Below are positions 48,498 to 58,160 of a DNA stretch of 64,000 bases, piece after piece. Under the pieces are notes generated by a model. That model did no database searches, had not been told where the DNA came from, and saw only the letters and a list, made by a program, of their open reading frames with translations. Source of the stretch: Oceanispirochaeta sp. (GTDB lineage: Bacteria; Spirochaetota; Spirochaetia; DSM-2461); assembly GCA_963663385.2 (NCBI GenBank), contig CAXXXD010000003.1, positions 192,001 to 256,000 on the forward strand, read 5' to 3'. A program made the position numbers and the translations under genes. Position 1 is the stretch's first letter, and each line of letters begins with the position of its first letter.

Positions 48498-49349
48498 ATG
48501 AAGAAAATTATTGCTGTACTTATGGTACTGTTTGTTGCTGCCTTCGCTTTTGCCGGAGGACAGCAGGAATCTGCTTCTCCCGCTGCAGAAGCTTCTTTTG
48601 CCGGAGATTACGCTTTCGGCGGATCAACCACTGTTGAGCCCATTGTCAGAGCGGCTGCCGAAGCTTTCCAGGAAATGTACCCCGATGTAAAGATTTCCTA
48701 CGATGCTCCCGGTTCTTCCGCCGGTGTTAAAGGCGCTCTTGCCGGAACATACTCCCTCGGAGCTGCCTCCCGTTCTCTGAAATCTTCCGAAGTGGAAGCC
48801 GGTGCTGTACCCTATGCTATCGCCAAAGACGGTGTGGCTGTTGTGGTAAACAAGAGCACTGTTCCCATGGATGATATTTCCAGAGACCAGATCATTGCCA
48901 TCTATTCCGGTGAAGTGACCAACTGGAGTGAAATCGGCGGACCCGATGCGGAAATCGTCGTATTCAACAGAGATGAAGCTTCCGGAACCAGATCCTGTTT
49001 TGCAGATGCCACTGTTAAAAAAGCTAAAAAAGATTTTACCGAAAAAGCTGCTATCGTAACCTCCAACGGAGACATGGTTGCCAAAGTCGGATCCACTCCC
49101 TATGCCATCGGTTACTGCGGATTCGGTTACATCGGAAAAGATGCCGGAACCAAGGCTACCACTGTGGACGGTGTTGTTCCCACAGCTGAGAATGTGCTTT
49201 CCGGTTCCTATCCTGTTATGAGAGACCTGATCCTGATCACCAGGGGGGAAGTCGTTGCCGGTTCTCTGGAAGAAGCTTTCATCGACTACATCCTATCTGA
49301 TGAAGGACAGGAAATTGTTGCTGAAGAGAAGTTCATTCCCATGAACTAG
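48498..49349 (+). CDS. pstS: Phosphate ABC transporter substrate-binding protein
   Basis: GGSTTV, PGSSAG, ASR, RDEASGT and AIGY. First gene of the pst cluster. Confidence 0.95.
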   Translation: MKKIIAVLMVLFVAAFAFAGGQQESASPAAEASFAGDYAFGGSTTVEPIVRAAAEAFQEMYPDVKISYDAPGSSAGVKGALAGTYSLGAASRSLKSSEVEAGAVPYAIAKDGVAVVVNKSTVPMDDISRDQIIAIYSGEVTNWSEIGGPDAEIVVFNRDEASGTRSCFADATVKKAKKDFTEKAAIVTSNGDMVAKVGSTPYAIGYCGFGYIGKDAGTKATTVDGVVPTAENVLSGSYPVMRDLILITRGEVVAGSLEEAFIDYILSDEGQEIVAEEKFIPMN

Positions 49350-49376
49350 TCCTTGCCTCCGGAGGTAAAAAAGATC

Positions 49377-49402
49377 AGGGCTGCCGAATGGCAGCCCTTT
49401 CT
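49377..49402 (+). terminator. Hairpin/terminator after pstS
   Basis: AGGGCTGCC-GAAT-GGCAGCCCT followed by TTCT. Confidence 0.65.
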
Positions 49403-49416
49403 GTTGTGTTATGAAT

Positions 49417-49444
49417 TTAACGGAACTCTAACATTTCTTTAACA
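49417..49444 (+). promoter_or_regulatory. Putative Pho box upstream of pstC
   Basis: TTAACG-N5-CTAACA-N5-TTAACA with exact 11-bp periodicity. Confidence 0.65.
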
Positions 49445-49502
49445 AAGTTACAGCTTTCTATCTTTAAATTGTGAGTAAATTAGTTTTCAGGAGATTAAAG
49501 AA

Positions 49503-50381
49503 TTGAAATCTTCCAAAAGTTTTATGGAGTCAACAGTGGAGAAAGTCCTTCTCATCAGCGCACTGCTTTCTGTTATCAGCGTTGTTTTTATCACTGTTTT
49601 TATCTTTAAGGAGGGATTGCCGCTGTTCAGAGCTGTAAACCCTCTGGAATTCCTTTTTTCCAGCAAATGGGCTCCTACGGGAGAGCCCCCTCAGTACGGT
49701 ATTCTTCCTTTTATCATGGGATCAATATGGATTACCATCGGCGCCCTGATCATTTCTGTTCCCATCGGGCTGGCCGTAGGTATTTTCATGGCCGAAATGG
49801 CCATTGGGAAAATGGCTGAAATCCTTCGTTCCGTTGTGGAACTGCTGGCCGGCATTCCTTCCGTAATCTACGGTTTGTTCGGATACATCGCAATCTCCCC
49901 TGTTGTAAGGAGACTGTTTGACAGCCCGACCGGTCTGGGGGTTTTAACGGCAAGTATCGTGCTGGCCATTATGACCCTGCCTACCATTATCAATATAACA
50001 GAGGTCTCACTGCGGGCGGTTCCCTATGAGCTGAAGGAAGCCTCTCTGGCTCTGGGAGCAACCCACTGGATGACAATTTACAGGGTGATGGTACCGGCCG
50101 CACGCTCAGGAATCCTGGCCGGTATCGTTCTTGGTATGGGGCGTGCCATCGGGGAAACAATGGCGGTCCTGATGGTTGCAGGAAATGCGGTTACCATGCC
50201 GAAAGGCCCCCTGTCTCTGGCAAGAACACTGACAATGAATATTGCAACCGATATGAAATATGCAGCGGATGACCATGCGGTCAGCCTTTTTACCACAGGT
50301 ATCGTTCTTTTTATCTTTATTCTGGGTATCAACATGCTGGTGCAGTATCTCATGAAAAAAGCTGTAAACGAAGGATCTTGA
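49503..50381 (+). CDS. pstC: Phosphate ABC permease
   Basis: ELLAGIPSVIYG, EASLALGAT and GRAIGETMAV. Confidence 0.95.
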   Translation: MKSSKSFMESTVEKVLLISALLSVISVVFITVFIFKEGLPLFRAVNPLEFLFSSKWAPTGEPPQYGILPFIMGSIWITIGALIISVPIGLAVGIFMAEMAIGKMAEILRSVVELLAGIPSVIYGLFGYIAISPVVRRLFDSPTGLGVLTASIVLAIMTLPTIINITEVSLRAVPYELKEASLALGATHWMTIYRVMVPAARSGILAGIVLGMGRAIGETMAVLMVAGNAVTMPKGPLSLARTLTMNIATDMKYAADDHAVSLFTTGIVLFIFILGINMLVQYLMKKAVNEGS

Positions 50382-50382
50382 G

Positions 50383-52047
50383 ATGACAGGAATTGAAACA
50401 TTGAAAAACAGGGGCTGTATTTCTGTAAAGACTTCTCCCCAATCGAGAAAGATTACAAGGCAGGAAACTGTTGCCAAGGCTGTCATCTGGTTTCTGGCCG
50501 GTTTAACCATTGCCATTCTGGCCTGGATTATCGGATACCTGATGATAAAAGGTCTCAGGTATAACAACGATGTTGTCTACGATGTAACCAATCAGGTGGA
50601 AAGGGAACTTTCCCTTCCGGACAGCGATGAAAGTGTTGTTTTTATCATAAACAGCAGGATCCGTTCGGAGGATATTCCTGTTGACGGTTTAAGAAAGCTC
50701 TATAATAAAGTGCGCAATGAAAACTGGGGATTCTATAACCAGCAGAATCTGAAAGTTCAGCCTTTTGCCTATGAGGGGGACGGTTCATTTTCCGATAGCA
50801 TTAAGGACTTTATTCTAACCGGAACGGATCTGGAAGACTACAGGAAGAATGTCAACAAGACCAGTTCCTGGGAAGATATGATTGCCAGGATAGGCAAGAC
50901 CCCCGGTGGACTCGGTTTCATCCCGGCCGACAGGGCGGATAACCTGCCCGGGAATGTTAAAGTGCTTGGAGTCCGGAGGATGTCTCTGGTCGTGAATCCC
51001 TCTGTTCTTGAAATACAGAACGGAAAGATGCTGCGGGAACTTGCCCAGGCTGATTCCGACAGACTTCTTGCCGGAGAGATTTCAAACTGGAAGGAAATAG
51101 GCGGTATTGATCTTCCGGTTACCCTGATTCAGTGGGATTCCGGTCAGTTGACAGGTTCCCTGAAAAAGGGGAGCGGTGCTCAAGCCGAAATCCTTACAGC
51201 CCGCAGCGAAGACGAGTTCTACAGTTTGATCAGGAACACCGAAGGGGCCGCCGCTCTAGGCAGCTATGGAAGCCTGGAAGCCGGCGCTCTTGATTATATT
51301 CCCGTGCTCCGGAATGAGAAAGGCTGGAATCTTACCTGGCACTTTATATTTGAAGCGCCTGCCCGGTCGGGGCAGTGGGGCGGTATTTCCTATATTATTA
51401 TCAATACCTTCTTTCTGATTCTTTTTACAATCCTCTTTTCCACGCCTGTGGGAATCATGGCGGCCATCTTTCTGGTGGAATATGCCAGACAGGGGCGGCT
51501 GATGCGGATCCTCCGTATGGGAACGGAAACCCTGGCAGGGATTCCTTCGATTGTATTCGGGCTTTTCGGTTTTATCTTCTTTGTTCAGATCTGCGGTTTC
51601 GGAATCGGATTTATATCCAGTACCCTTACTATAACCCTGATGGTTCTGCCCACGATTATCCGGACATCCGAAGAGGCCCTGAAATCTGTACCCCAGTCCT
51701 TCAGGGAAGGGAGCCTGGCTCTGGGCGCAACCAAACTGCAGACCATTCTCAAGGTTGTTCTCCCGGCTGCCTCCCCTGGTATCCTTACGGGAATCATCCT
51801 GGCAATAGGACGGACAGTCGGTGAAACAGCCGTTCTGATATACACCCTGGGATCAAACTATGATCTTGTAAGAGGGCCTACCTCTTCAGCCCGTGTACTG
51901 TCTCTGCATCTGTACATGCTGTTTTCCGAAGCCCTGTCCTTTGACCGGACCTTTGCCACGGGAGCGATCCTGGTCATCATCGTCCTTATTACAAACCTGT
52001 CCACCACGCGGATTATCAAGCGGGTGAATAAAAACACCGGCGCCTGA
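50383..52047 (+). CDS. pstA: Phosphate ABC permease with large extracytoplasmic insertion
   Basis: [24 protein letters not shown] and GRTVGETA. An insert of about 260 aa follows TM1. Confidence 0.92.
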   Translation: MTGIETLKNRGCISVKTSPQSRKITRQETVAKAVIWFLAGLTIAILAWIIGYLMIKGLRYNNDVVYDVTNQVERELSLPDSDESVVFIINSRIRSEDIPVDGLRKLYNKVRNENWGFYNQQNLKVQPFAYEGDGSFSDSIKDFILTGTDLEDYRKNVNKTSSWEDMIARIGKTPGGLGFIPADRADNLPGNVKVLGVRRMSLVVNPSVLEIQNGKMLRELAQADSDRLLAGEISNWKEIGGIDLPVTLIQWDSGQLTGSLKKGSGAQAEILTARSEDEFYSLIRNTEGAAALGSYGSLEAGALDYIPVLRNEKGWNLTWHFIFEAPARSGQWGGISYIIINTFFLILFTILFSTPVGIMAAIFLVEYARQGRLMRILRMGTETLAGIPSIVFGLFGFIFFVQICGFGIGFISSTLTITLMVLPTIIRTSEEALKSVPQSFREGSLALGATKLQTILKVVLPAASPGILTGIILAIGRTVGETAVLIYTLGSNYDLVRGPTSSARVLSLHLYMLFSEALSFDRTFATGAILVIIVLITNLSTTRIIKRVNKNTGA

Positions 52048-52066
52048 GCCAAGGAGTTTAAGAAAA

Positions 52067-52822
52067 ATGGAAACAAATAAAATTACAGTCAATAACCTGA
52101 ACCTGTTTTATGGGGATTTTCAGGCGCTTCATGACATAAATATTGAAATAAAAGAGAAGGAAGTTACAGCCCTGATCGGGCCCTCGGGATGCGGAAAATC
52201 CACCTTTATCCGGACCCTGAACAGAATGAATGATCTGATTGATATCGTGCAAATTGACGGAGATATCCATTACGATGCGCGGAATATCTACAATGAGTGG
52301 GATCTGATTGAGCTGCGGAAAAAAGTGGGGATGGTATTTCAGAAACCGAACCCCTTTCCCATGTCAATCTTTGACAATATCGCCTACGGACCCCGGACTC
52401 ACGGGATTAAAAGCCGTCAGAAGCTGAATGACATTGTAGAAAAGAGCCTGTATCAGGCATCTCTTCTGGATGAGGTGAAAGACAGGCTTCACAAGCCTGC
52501 TCCGGGGCTTTCCGGAGGTCAGCAGCAGAGACTCTGCATTGCCCGGGTTCTGGCCGTAGAGCCCGATGTGGTACTGATGGATGAACCTACTTCCGCCCTG
52601 GATCCCATTTCGACTTCCAGAATAGAAGATTTGATTGATGAACTGAAAAAAAATTATACTATTGTTATTGTTACCCATAATATGCAGCAGGCCGGTCGTA
52701 TTTCAGATAAAACAGCATTTTTCCTCCATGGAAAGATTGAGGAGTTCGGTGCGACAGATCAGATCTTTTTCAATCCGGCCAGCAGCAAGACCGAAGCCTA
52801 TATTTCCGGAAAATTCGGTTGA
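52067..52822 (+). CDS. pstB: Phosphate ABC ATPase
   Basis: [34 protein letters not shown] and DEPTSALDP. Confidence 0.97.
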   Translation: METNKITVNNLNLFYGDFQALHDINIEIKEKEVTALIGPSGCGKSTFIRTLNRMNDLIDIVQIDGDIHYDARNIYNEWDLIELRKKVGMVFQKPNPFPMSIFDNIAYGPRTHGIKSRQKLNDIVEKSLYQASLLDEVKDRLHKPAPGLSGGQQQRLCIARVLAVEPDVVLMDEPTSALDPISTSRIEDLIDELKKNYTIVIVTHNMQQAGRISDKTAFFLHGKIEEFGATDQIFFNPASSKTEAYISGKFG

Positions 52823-52871
52823 GCCGGAAAATAAAATGAAATCTATCCGATAAGAACTGAAGGAGAAAATA

Positions 52872-53522
52872 ATGATCAGACAGCACTTTGTAGATGACCT
52901 GGCCGAATTGAACAGAGCCATAATGAAAATGGGCCTTAAAGTGGAAGAGGCTATAACCCAATCCGTTGAAGCGTTAAAAAACAAAGATACGGATTTAGCC
53001 CGGAAAATTATTGAAGAAGATAGTATTATAGACGATATGGAGAAATCTCTGTGTGATCAGTGCGCCCTTATCATAGCAAGGGAACAGCCTGTCGCAGGAG
53101 ACCTGAGGCACCTGATAAGCGGAATCAAGATTATTACCGACCTTGAGAGAATCGGAGACCATGCTGTTCATATTGCCAAGGGTACCATTAATAATGCCGG
53201 AGAAGAGTATATCAAGCCTCTTATTGACATCCCCCGGATGGGAACTTTGAGCTGCAGTATGCTGTCCCGGGCTATCACCGCGTTTGTTGAGCAGGACGCT
53301 GATATTGCCGTTGCCATCGCAAAAGAGGATGAGGAGATTGATAATCTTCACAAACAGATTGTACGGGAACTGCTGACATACATGATGCAGGATCCAGGGA
53401 AAATCGAAGGGGGAATGTCCCTGATGTATATGAGCCGTTTCCTCGAAAGAACCGGTGATCATGTCAGGAACATCTGTGAATGGGTTGTATTCGATGAAAC
53501 CGGAGAACACGAAAACCTGTAA
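52872..53522 (+). CDS. phoU: Phosphate signalling protein PhoU
   Basis: QPVAGDLR, DLERIGDHA and LERTGDH repeats. Confidence 0.96.
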   Translation: MIRQHFVDDLAELNRAIMKMGLKVEEAITQSVEALKNKDTDLARKIIEEDSIIDDMEKSLCDQCALIIAREQPVAGDLRHLISGIKIITDLERIGDHAVHIAKGTINNAGEEYIKPLIDIPRMGTLSCSMLSRAITAFVEQDADIAVAIAKEDEEIDNLHKQIVRELLTYMMQDPGKIEGGMSLMYMSRFLERTGDHVRNICEWVVFDETGEHENL

Positions 53523-53531
53523 GGACTGAAT

Positions 53532-54218
53532 ATGGCTAAATTACTGATTGTTGAAGATGAAGCTGATATTAGAGAACTAATCTCTTTTAACCTGGAAATG
53601 AGCGGGTATGAAGTGCTGAAAGCCCGGGACGGAGAAGAAGGACTGGCCATGGCCCGTTCAGAAATGCCCGATCTGATTATACTTGACCTGATGCTCCCCG
53701 GAATGGACGGTATCAAAGTCTGTTCCCATCTGAAAAAGGACCCTGAGGCGAAGAATATTCCCATCATAATGCTCACGGCCCGCTCGGAAGATGATGATAT
53801 TGTGAATGGGCTGGAAACCGGAGCGGATGATTATATAACCAAACCCTTCAGTCCCCGTATACTGATCGCCCGGGTAAAGGCCGCTCTCAGAAGGGTTAAG
53901 ACCGAATCCGGTGAAAAAACCTCCAGCAGGATAACCATTCATGATCTTGTGATTGATGTAGCCAGGCATGAGACCCTTCTGGAGGGAGAGCCTTTGAACC
54001 TTTCGGCCACAGAGTTCTCAATCCTGCGTTTCCTGGCGGAGAATCCCGGCTGGGTATTCTCACGGAATCAGATTATTGACTCCGTAAAAGGGGAGGACTA
54101 CCCCGTTACCGCCCGTTCTGTGGATGTTCAGATACTCGGCATACGGAAAAAGCTGGGGAATCAGGGGAATATTATCGAAACTGTGCGGGGAATCGGTTAC
54201 AGAATGAAAGGAGAGTAG
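53532..54218 (+). CDS. phoB: OmpR/PhoB-family response regulator
   Basis: REC domain (LDLMLP, KPF) plus winged helix (ETVRGIGY), in the pst operon. Confidence 0.9.
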   Translation: MAKLLIVEDEADIRELISFNLEMSGYEVLKARDGEEGLAMARSEMPDLIILDLMLPGMDGIKVCSHLKKDPEAKNIPIIMLTARSEDDDIVNGLETGADDYITKPFSPRILIARVKAALRRVKTESGEKTSSRITIHDLVIDVARHETLLEGEPLNLSATEFSILRFLAENPGWVFSRNQIIDSVKGEDYPVTARSVDVQILGIRKKLGNQGNIIETVRGIGYRMKGE

Positions 54219-54219
54219 A

Positions 54220-55980
54220 GTGAACCGTACATTTTTTCAGCAGCTCTTTTACACCATATTTTTACTGATGCTGCTTTCGGTCGTTCTGTATATAGCTTTG
54301 ACTGTAGGAATCGTTAAACAGGCTCTGAACCGGGAAACCCGGCAGCGGCAGATGGATATGACCTGTGCAGTGGCCAATATGGTGCCGGATGAAGGTTTTT
54401 TCAGTGATGAAGAAGCCCTGATTTTCAGTAACAGGATCGTATCCGATACGATTTCCCGTTTAACCCTGATTGACAGGAACGGAAGGGTTGTGGCGGATAC
54501 CTCCAAAGATAAGGACCTGCTCAGCGATCATTCGGACAGACCCGAGATCAGGCAGGCCTGGTTCCGCGGGACAGGAATGGCAACCCGTTTCAGCACAAGC
54601 GTATCCAAAATGATGCTTTACACGGCTGTTTACCGGGAGGATCTGGAGCTTGTAATCCGTCTGTCCCAGTCCGTGGAGGAAGTCCGTCAGGACCTGGATC
54701 GCATCTACATCCAGATCCTTGTAATTTTCCTTGTTATTCTGTGCCTCGGTACTGTCCTATCAGTGTTGATAGCCCGCAAGATGTCCGGTAATCTGACCGC
54801 GGTCCGGGAAGTTGCCGTTGAGTATGCCAAGGGGAATTTTGAAACTGAGCTGGATCTGTCCGGATCCCGCGAGGCTGTCATCCTCAGCCGTTCTGTCAAT
54901 GCCATGGGCAGGCAGCTTCAGGATAAGATCAGTACTGTCACCTATCAGAAGAATGAACTGCAGGGTATGCTCAACAGCATGCGGGAACCTGTTATCCTCC
55001 TGAATCACCGTCTTGAGGTCAGGGAGATGAACCCTGCAGCGATAAAGATGCTTATCCGTGATGACAGTACTCCCTTTATAGGCAAAGGGATTCTGCAGAT
55101 TATGCGGAGCGTCGAAGTGTGCGACCTGGCGGAACTGACCCTGAAGTCAGAAGAAGACCAGGAAGATCTTATCCGTTTTAAAGAGATGGATCTGTACCTT
55201 CAGGTGTACGGTAACTATCTCTTTCGTGACGAGGATACCCCTCCTTCAGTTTTACTGGTTATGAATGATATAACAAGGATCAAGAAACTGGAGGAGATGC
55301 GGAAGGATTTTGTGGCTAATGTTTCCCATGAGCTCAGAACGCCCGTTACCTCAATTATGGGGTATGTGGAAACCCTTAAGGCCGGTGCCCTGGATCATCG
55401 GGAGAAGGCGGAAGAGTTTGTGGATATTATTCTGCGTCAGACACGTAATCTGAATGCCCTTATTGCAGATCTGTTGACATTGTCCCGGATTGAAGACGGA
55501 AGAAGCCGTTTTAAAATGGAAGTGTTTCCCCTTGGGGATCTGCTGTCCAGTGCCATATCTGTCTGCCTGCATAAAGCGGAAAAGAAGGGAAGCTGTGTCG
55601 ATCTTTTCTGTGACAACGATGCCATGATCAAGGCTCATCCGGTCCTTCTGGAGCAGGCCGTGACGAACCTGATCGAAAATGCCGTAAAGTACTCGCCCGA
55701 AGGAGCCCGGATTTCCGTCAGAGGAATTCAGGAAGAGGACACTCTGCAGATCATAGTCCAGGATAATGGACCCGGGATCCCTCCCAAAGATCAGGAACGT
55801 ATCTTTGAGCGTTTCTATCGGGTAGACAAAGCCCGCAGCCGTGACATGGGGGGCACAGGACTGGGGCTGGCTATTGTTAAACACATAGCGCTAATCCATA
55901 ACGGTGCTGTTACGGTTCACAGCCGGGAAGGACAGGGGTGTGAGTTTACAATAATCCTTCCGGCCATGGCATCGGTTTAA
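54220..55980 (+). CDS. phoR: Phosphate regulon sensor kinase
   Basis: TM-Cache-TM-HAMP-PAS architecture, FVANVSHELRTP and FYRVDKARSRDMGGTGLGLAIVKH. Confidence 0.9.
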   Translation: MNRTFFQQLFYTIFLLMLLSVVLYIALTVGIVKQALNRETRQRQMDMTCAVANMVPDEGFFSDEEALIFSNRIVSDTISRLTLIDRNGRVVADTSKDKDLLSDHSDRPEIRQAWFRGTGMATRFSTSVSKMMLYTAVYREDLELVIRLSQSVEEVRQDLDRIYIQILVIFLVILCLGTVLSVLIARKMSGNLTAVREVAVEYAKGNFETELDLSGSREAVILSRSVNAMGRQLQDKISTVTYQKNELQGMLNSMREPVILLNHRLEVREMNPAAIKMLIRDDSTPFIGKGILQIMRSVEVCDLAELTLKSEEDQEDLIRFKEMDLYLQVYGNYLFRDEDTPPSVLLVMNDITRIKKLEEMRKDFVANVSHELRTPVTSIMGYVETLKAGALDHREKAEEFVDIILRQTRNLNALIADLLTLSRIEDGRSRFKMEVFPLGDLLSSAISVCLHKAEKKGSCVDLFCDNDAMIKAHPVLLEQAVTNLIENAVKYSPEGARISVRGIQEEDTLQIIVQDNGPGIPPKDQERIFERFYRVDKARSRDMGGTGLGLAIVKHIALIHNGAVTVHSREGQGCEFTIILPAMASV

Positions 55981-56000
55981 ACCGGATTGTTCAATGAATA

Positions 56001-57044
56001 TCAAGCCTGTTTCGTTGAGAATCTGTAGACGCTGGTATGGGTGTAAACCTGACCCGGATTGATTACCGGCGAGGGAAAGTGGGGCTGATTCATACAGTCC
56101 GGAAAGAGCTGGGTTTCCAGACAGAAACCCCAGTTCTTAATGTACTTGACATTTTCCCTGCCCTGAACCCCGTCCAGAAAGTTCCCTGTATAAAACTGTA
56201 CCCCCGGCTGGTCGGTTTCCACTTCCATAACCCGGCCCGATACGGGTTCTTCCACGCGGGCAAAGAGGCGGAGCCCCTGAGCCGGAGTAAGAACATAACA
56301 GTGATCGTACCCGCCCCGGACTTCTTCTATCCTGCTGCCTATTCTCTGCCGTTTCGTAAAGTCCATCGGGGTTTCTTTTACAGACAGGATCTCTCCTGTG
56401 GGAATCTGGCTTTCATCGACCGGGAGGAACCAGGGACAGTCCATCTGTATCATATGATCAAGGATTGAGGCGTTTTTAACCCCGGCCAGGTTGAAGTAGG
56501 TATGGTTTGTCAGATTGACAGGTGTCGGTTTATCCGTTACGGCTTTATAGTCAAATTTCAGTTCGTTTTTATCTGTTACCGTATAGATCATGGTGACATT
56601 CAGGTTCCCCGGGTACCCCTCTTCTCCATCGGGGCTGAAAGCAGTCAGAACCAGGCCGGCTTCCCTGTCTGACTGAAAGGGGGTTACCATCCAGTTTTTA
56701 CGGTCAAAAGCCATTTCCTCTCCCCCGTGCAGATGATTGGGACCGTTATTAATAGCCAGGGTATATTTTTTGCCGTCCAGCTGAAACTGTCCTCCCTCAA
56801 TCCTGTTTCCGAAACGCCCGATAGCCGCACCGAAGTAGTAGCGGGAATGAACATACTCTTCGAGTGTTTCAAATCCCAGGGTTATCTCTTCGGATTTTCC
56901 GTTCCGGTCCGGTGCCTTTATGGATGTTACAATCCCCCCGAAACTGCTTGCCTGTACAGTAAAACCCTTATCTCCTTCTATTGTATAAAGATCTGCTGCT
57001 GTTCCGTTGGGAAGTGTTCCGTAATTCTCTTTACTTACCTTCAT
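56001..57044 (-). CDS. galM: Aldose 1-epimerase (mutarotase)
   Basis: GRFGNRI, HLHGG, NLTNHTYFNL, YDH and CLETQ. ATG 57044 follows GGAGGA. Confidence 0.94.
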   Translation of the reverse strand: MKVSKENYGTLPNGTAADLYTIEGDKGFTVQASSFGGIVTSIKAPDRNGKSEEITLGFETLEEYVHSRYYFGAAIGRFGNRIEGGQFQLDGKKYTLAINNGPNHLHGGEEMAFDRKNWMVTPFQSDREAGLVLTAFSPDGEEGYPGNLNVTMIYTVTDKNELKFDYKAVTDKPTPVNLTNHTYFNLAGVKNASILDHMIQMDCPWFLPVDESQIPTGEILSVKETPMDFTKRQRIGSRIEEVRGGYDHCYVLTPAQGLRLFARVEEPVSGRVMEVETDQPGVQFYTGNFLDGVQGRENVKYIKNWGFCLETQLFPDCMNQPHFPSPVINPGQVYTHTSVYRFSTKQA

Positions 57045-57078
57045 TCTATCCTCCGACCTTTTCAAACTGAATCTCGAT

Positions 57079-57105
57079 TAAAAAAATCCAGCCCGGAAGC
57101 TGGAT
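57079..57105 (-). terminator. Intrinsic terminator after the corrinoid protein gene
   Basis: ATCCAGC/GCTGGAT stem followed by a T run on the minus strand. Confidence 0.6.
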
Positions 57106-57142
57106 CTTAATTTTAATCAATAAGTATTTTTTAGAACAGGGT

Positions 57143-57790
57143 CTAGGCGGTGCAAACCTCAAGGGCCCTGTCGGCTGCTGTCGCGGCATCAGGAGTATAA
57201 ATATCGGCTCCAATGGATTCACAGAAAGACTGGGTTACAGGGGCTCCGCCGATCATGATTGTTACTTTATCCCGGATTCCCGCATCCTGTGCTGCCTTAA
57301 CAACGTTTTCCATCTGAGTCATGGTTGTTGTCAGAAGAGCGGATACGGCAATGATGTTGGCATTATGCTCTTTGGCTGTTTCCACATACTTCTCGGGGGA
57401 TACGTCGGTACCCAGGTCGATAACTTCCAGCCCCTTTCCTTCCAGCATGATTTTTACCAGATTTTTACCGATATCGTGGAGGTCTCCTTTAACTGTGCCA
57501 ATTACAGCTGTACCTTTTCCTTCTGTACCCTCTGATTCCAGATGGGGTTTGAGAATCTCCAGACCGGCATTCATGGCACGGGCGGCAATCAGTACTTCCG
57601 GTACAAACACCTGATTGTTCTTGAATTTTTCTCCTACAATACTCATGGCGGCCAGCAGGGCATTGTCCAGTATGTTCTGTGCTTCGGCTCCCTTGTCGGA
57701 TGCGGCATCCACACTGGTTTGACACAGTTCTTTTACATCTGCTGCTTTACCCTTCTGCATCATTTCAGAAATTTTTTCCAGATCTGCCAT
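57143..57790 (-). CDS. Corrinoid (B12-binding) protein of a methyltransferase system (MtaC/MttC-like)
   Basis: Cap domain FVPEVLIAARAM and B12 motif GDLHDIGKNLV...SALLTTT...IGGAP. AAGGAG RBS precedes ATG 57790. Confidence 0.94.
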   Translation of the reverse strand: MADLEKISEMMQKGKAADVKELCQTSVDAASDKGAEAQNILDNALLAAMSIVGEKFKNNQVFVPEVLIAARAMNAGLEILKPHLESEGTEGKGTAVIGTVKGDLHDIGKNLVKIMLEGKGLEVIDLGTDVSPEKYVETAKEHNANIIAVSALLTTTMTQMENVVKAAQDAGIRDKVTIMIGGAPVTQSFCESIGADIYTPDAATAADRALEVCTA

Positions 57791-57880
57791 TTTTGTCTCC
57801 TTAAGTTTAAATCGTAATAGTTGCTGTATTACATTCGACTTAATCCTCGAAGTGCGAAATGCGATCCACCTGACAGTGGG

Positions 57881-58023
57881 GTTCAAGACGAGTATCCTGA
57901 CTTGCAGATCATTCTTGCCTGAGCCTTCCCGATGGTTTAGTATCAGTGGCATTTTCAGGTTTGTCCCTGCTCACAGTGACGGGTTCGTGGAGGAGTTTCA
58001 CCTCGCTTCCTCGCTTGTTGAAC
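57881..58023 (-). ncRNA. Cobalamin riboswitch
   Basis: Minus strand reads AGGAAGCGAGGTGAAACTCCTCCACGAACCCGTCACTGTGA ... GCCACTG ... GGGAAGGC ... AAGTCAGGATAC (B12-box-like), closed by a GTTCAA/TTGAAC stem. Confidence 0.9.
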
Positions 58024-58160
58024 TGATAACAGTATCCCTCTGAAAATACCGGGTCGTATTGGAAAATCTTGTTTTATTATGTAAAAATAAGACCAATTTC
58101 AGGGGGAAAATACTAGTTTTTTTCTCATAAATACAGATTGTAACAGATCAGGCAGGATAA

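Noticed and set aside
57791..57952. N-terminal extension of the corrinoid protein
   Set aside because: Runs through the riboswitch. The RBS supports ATG 57790.
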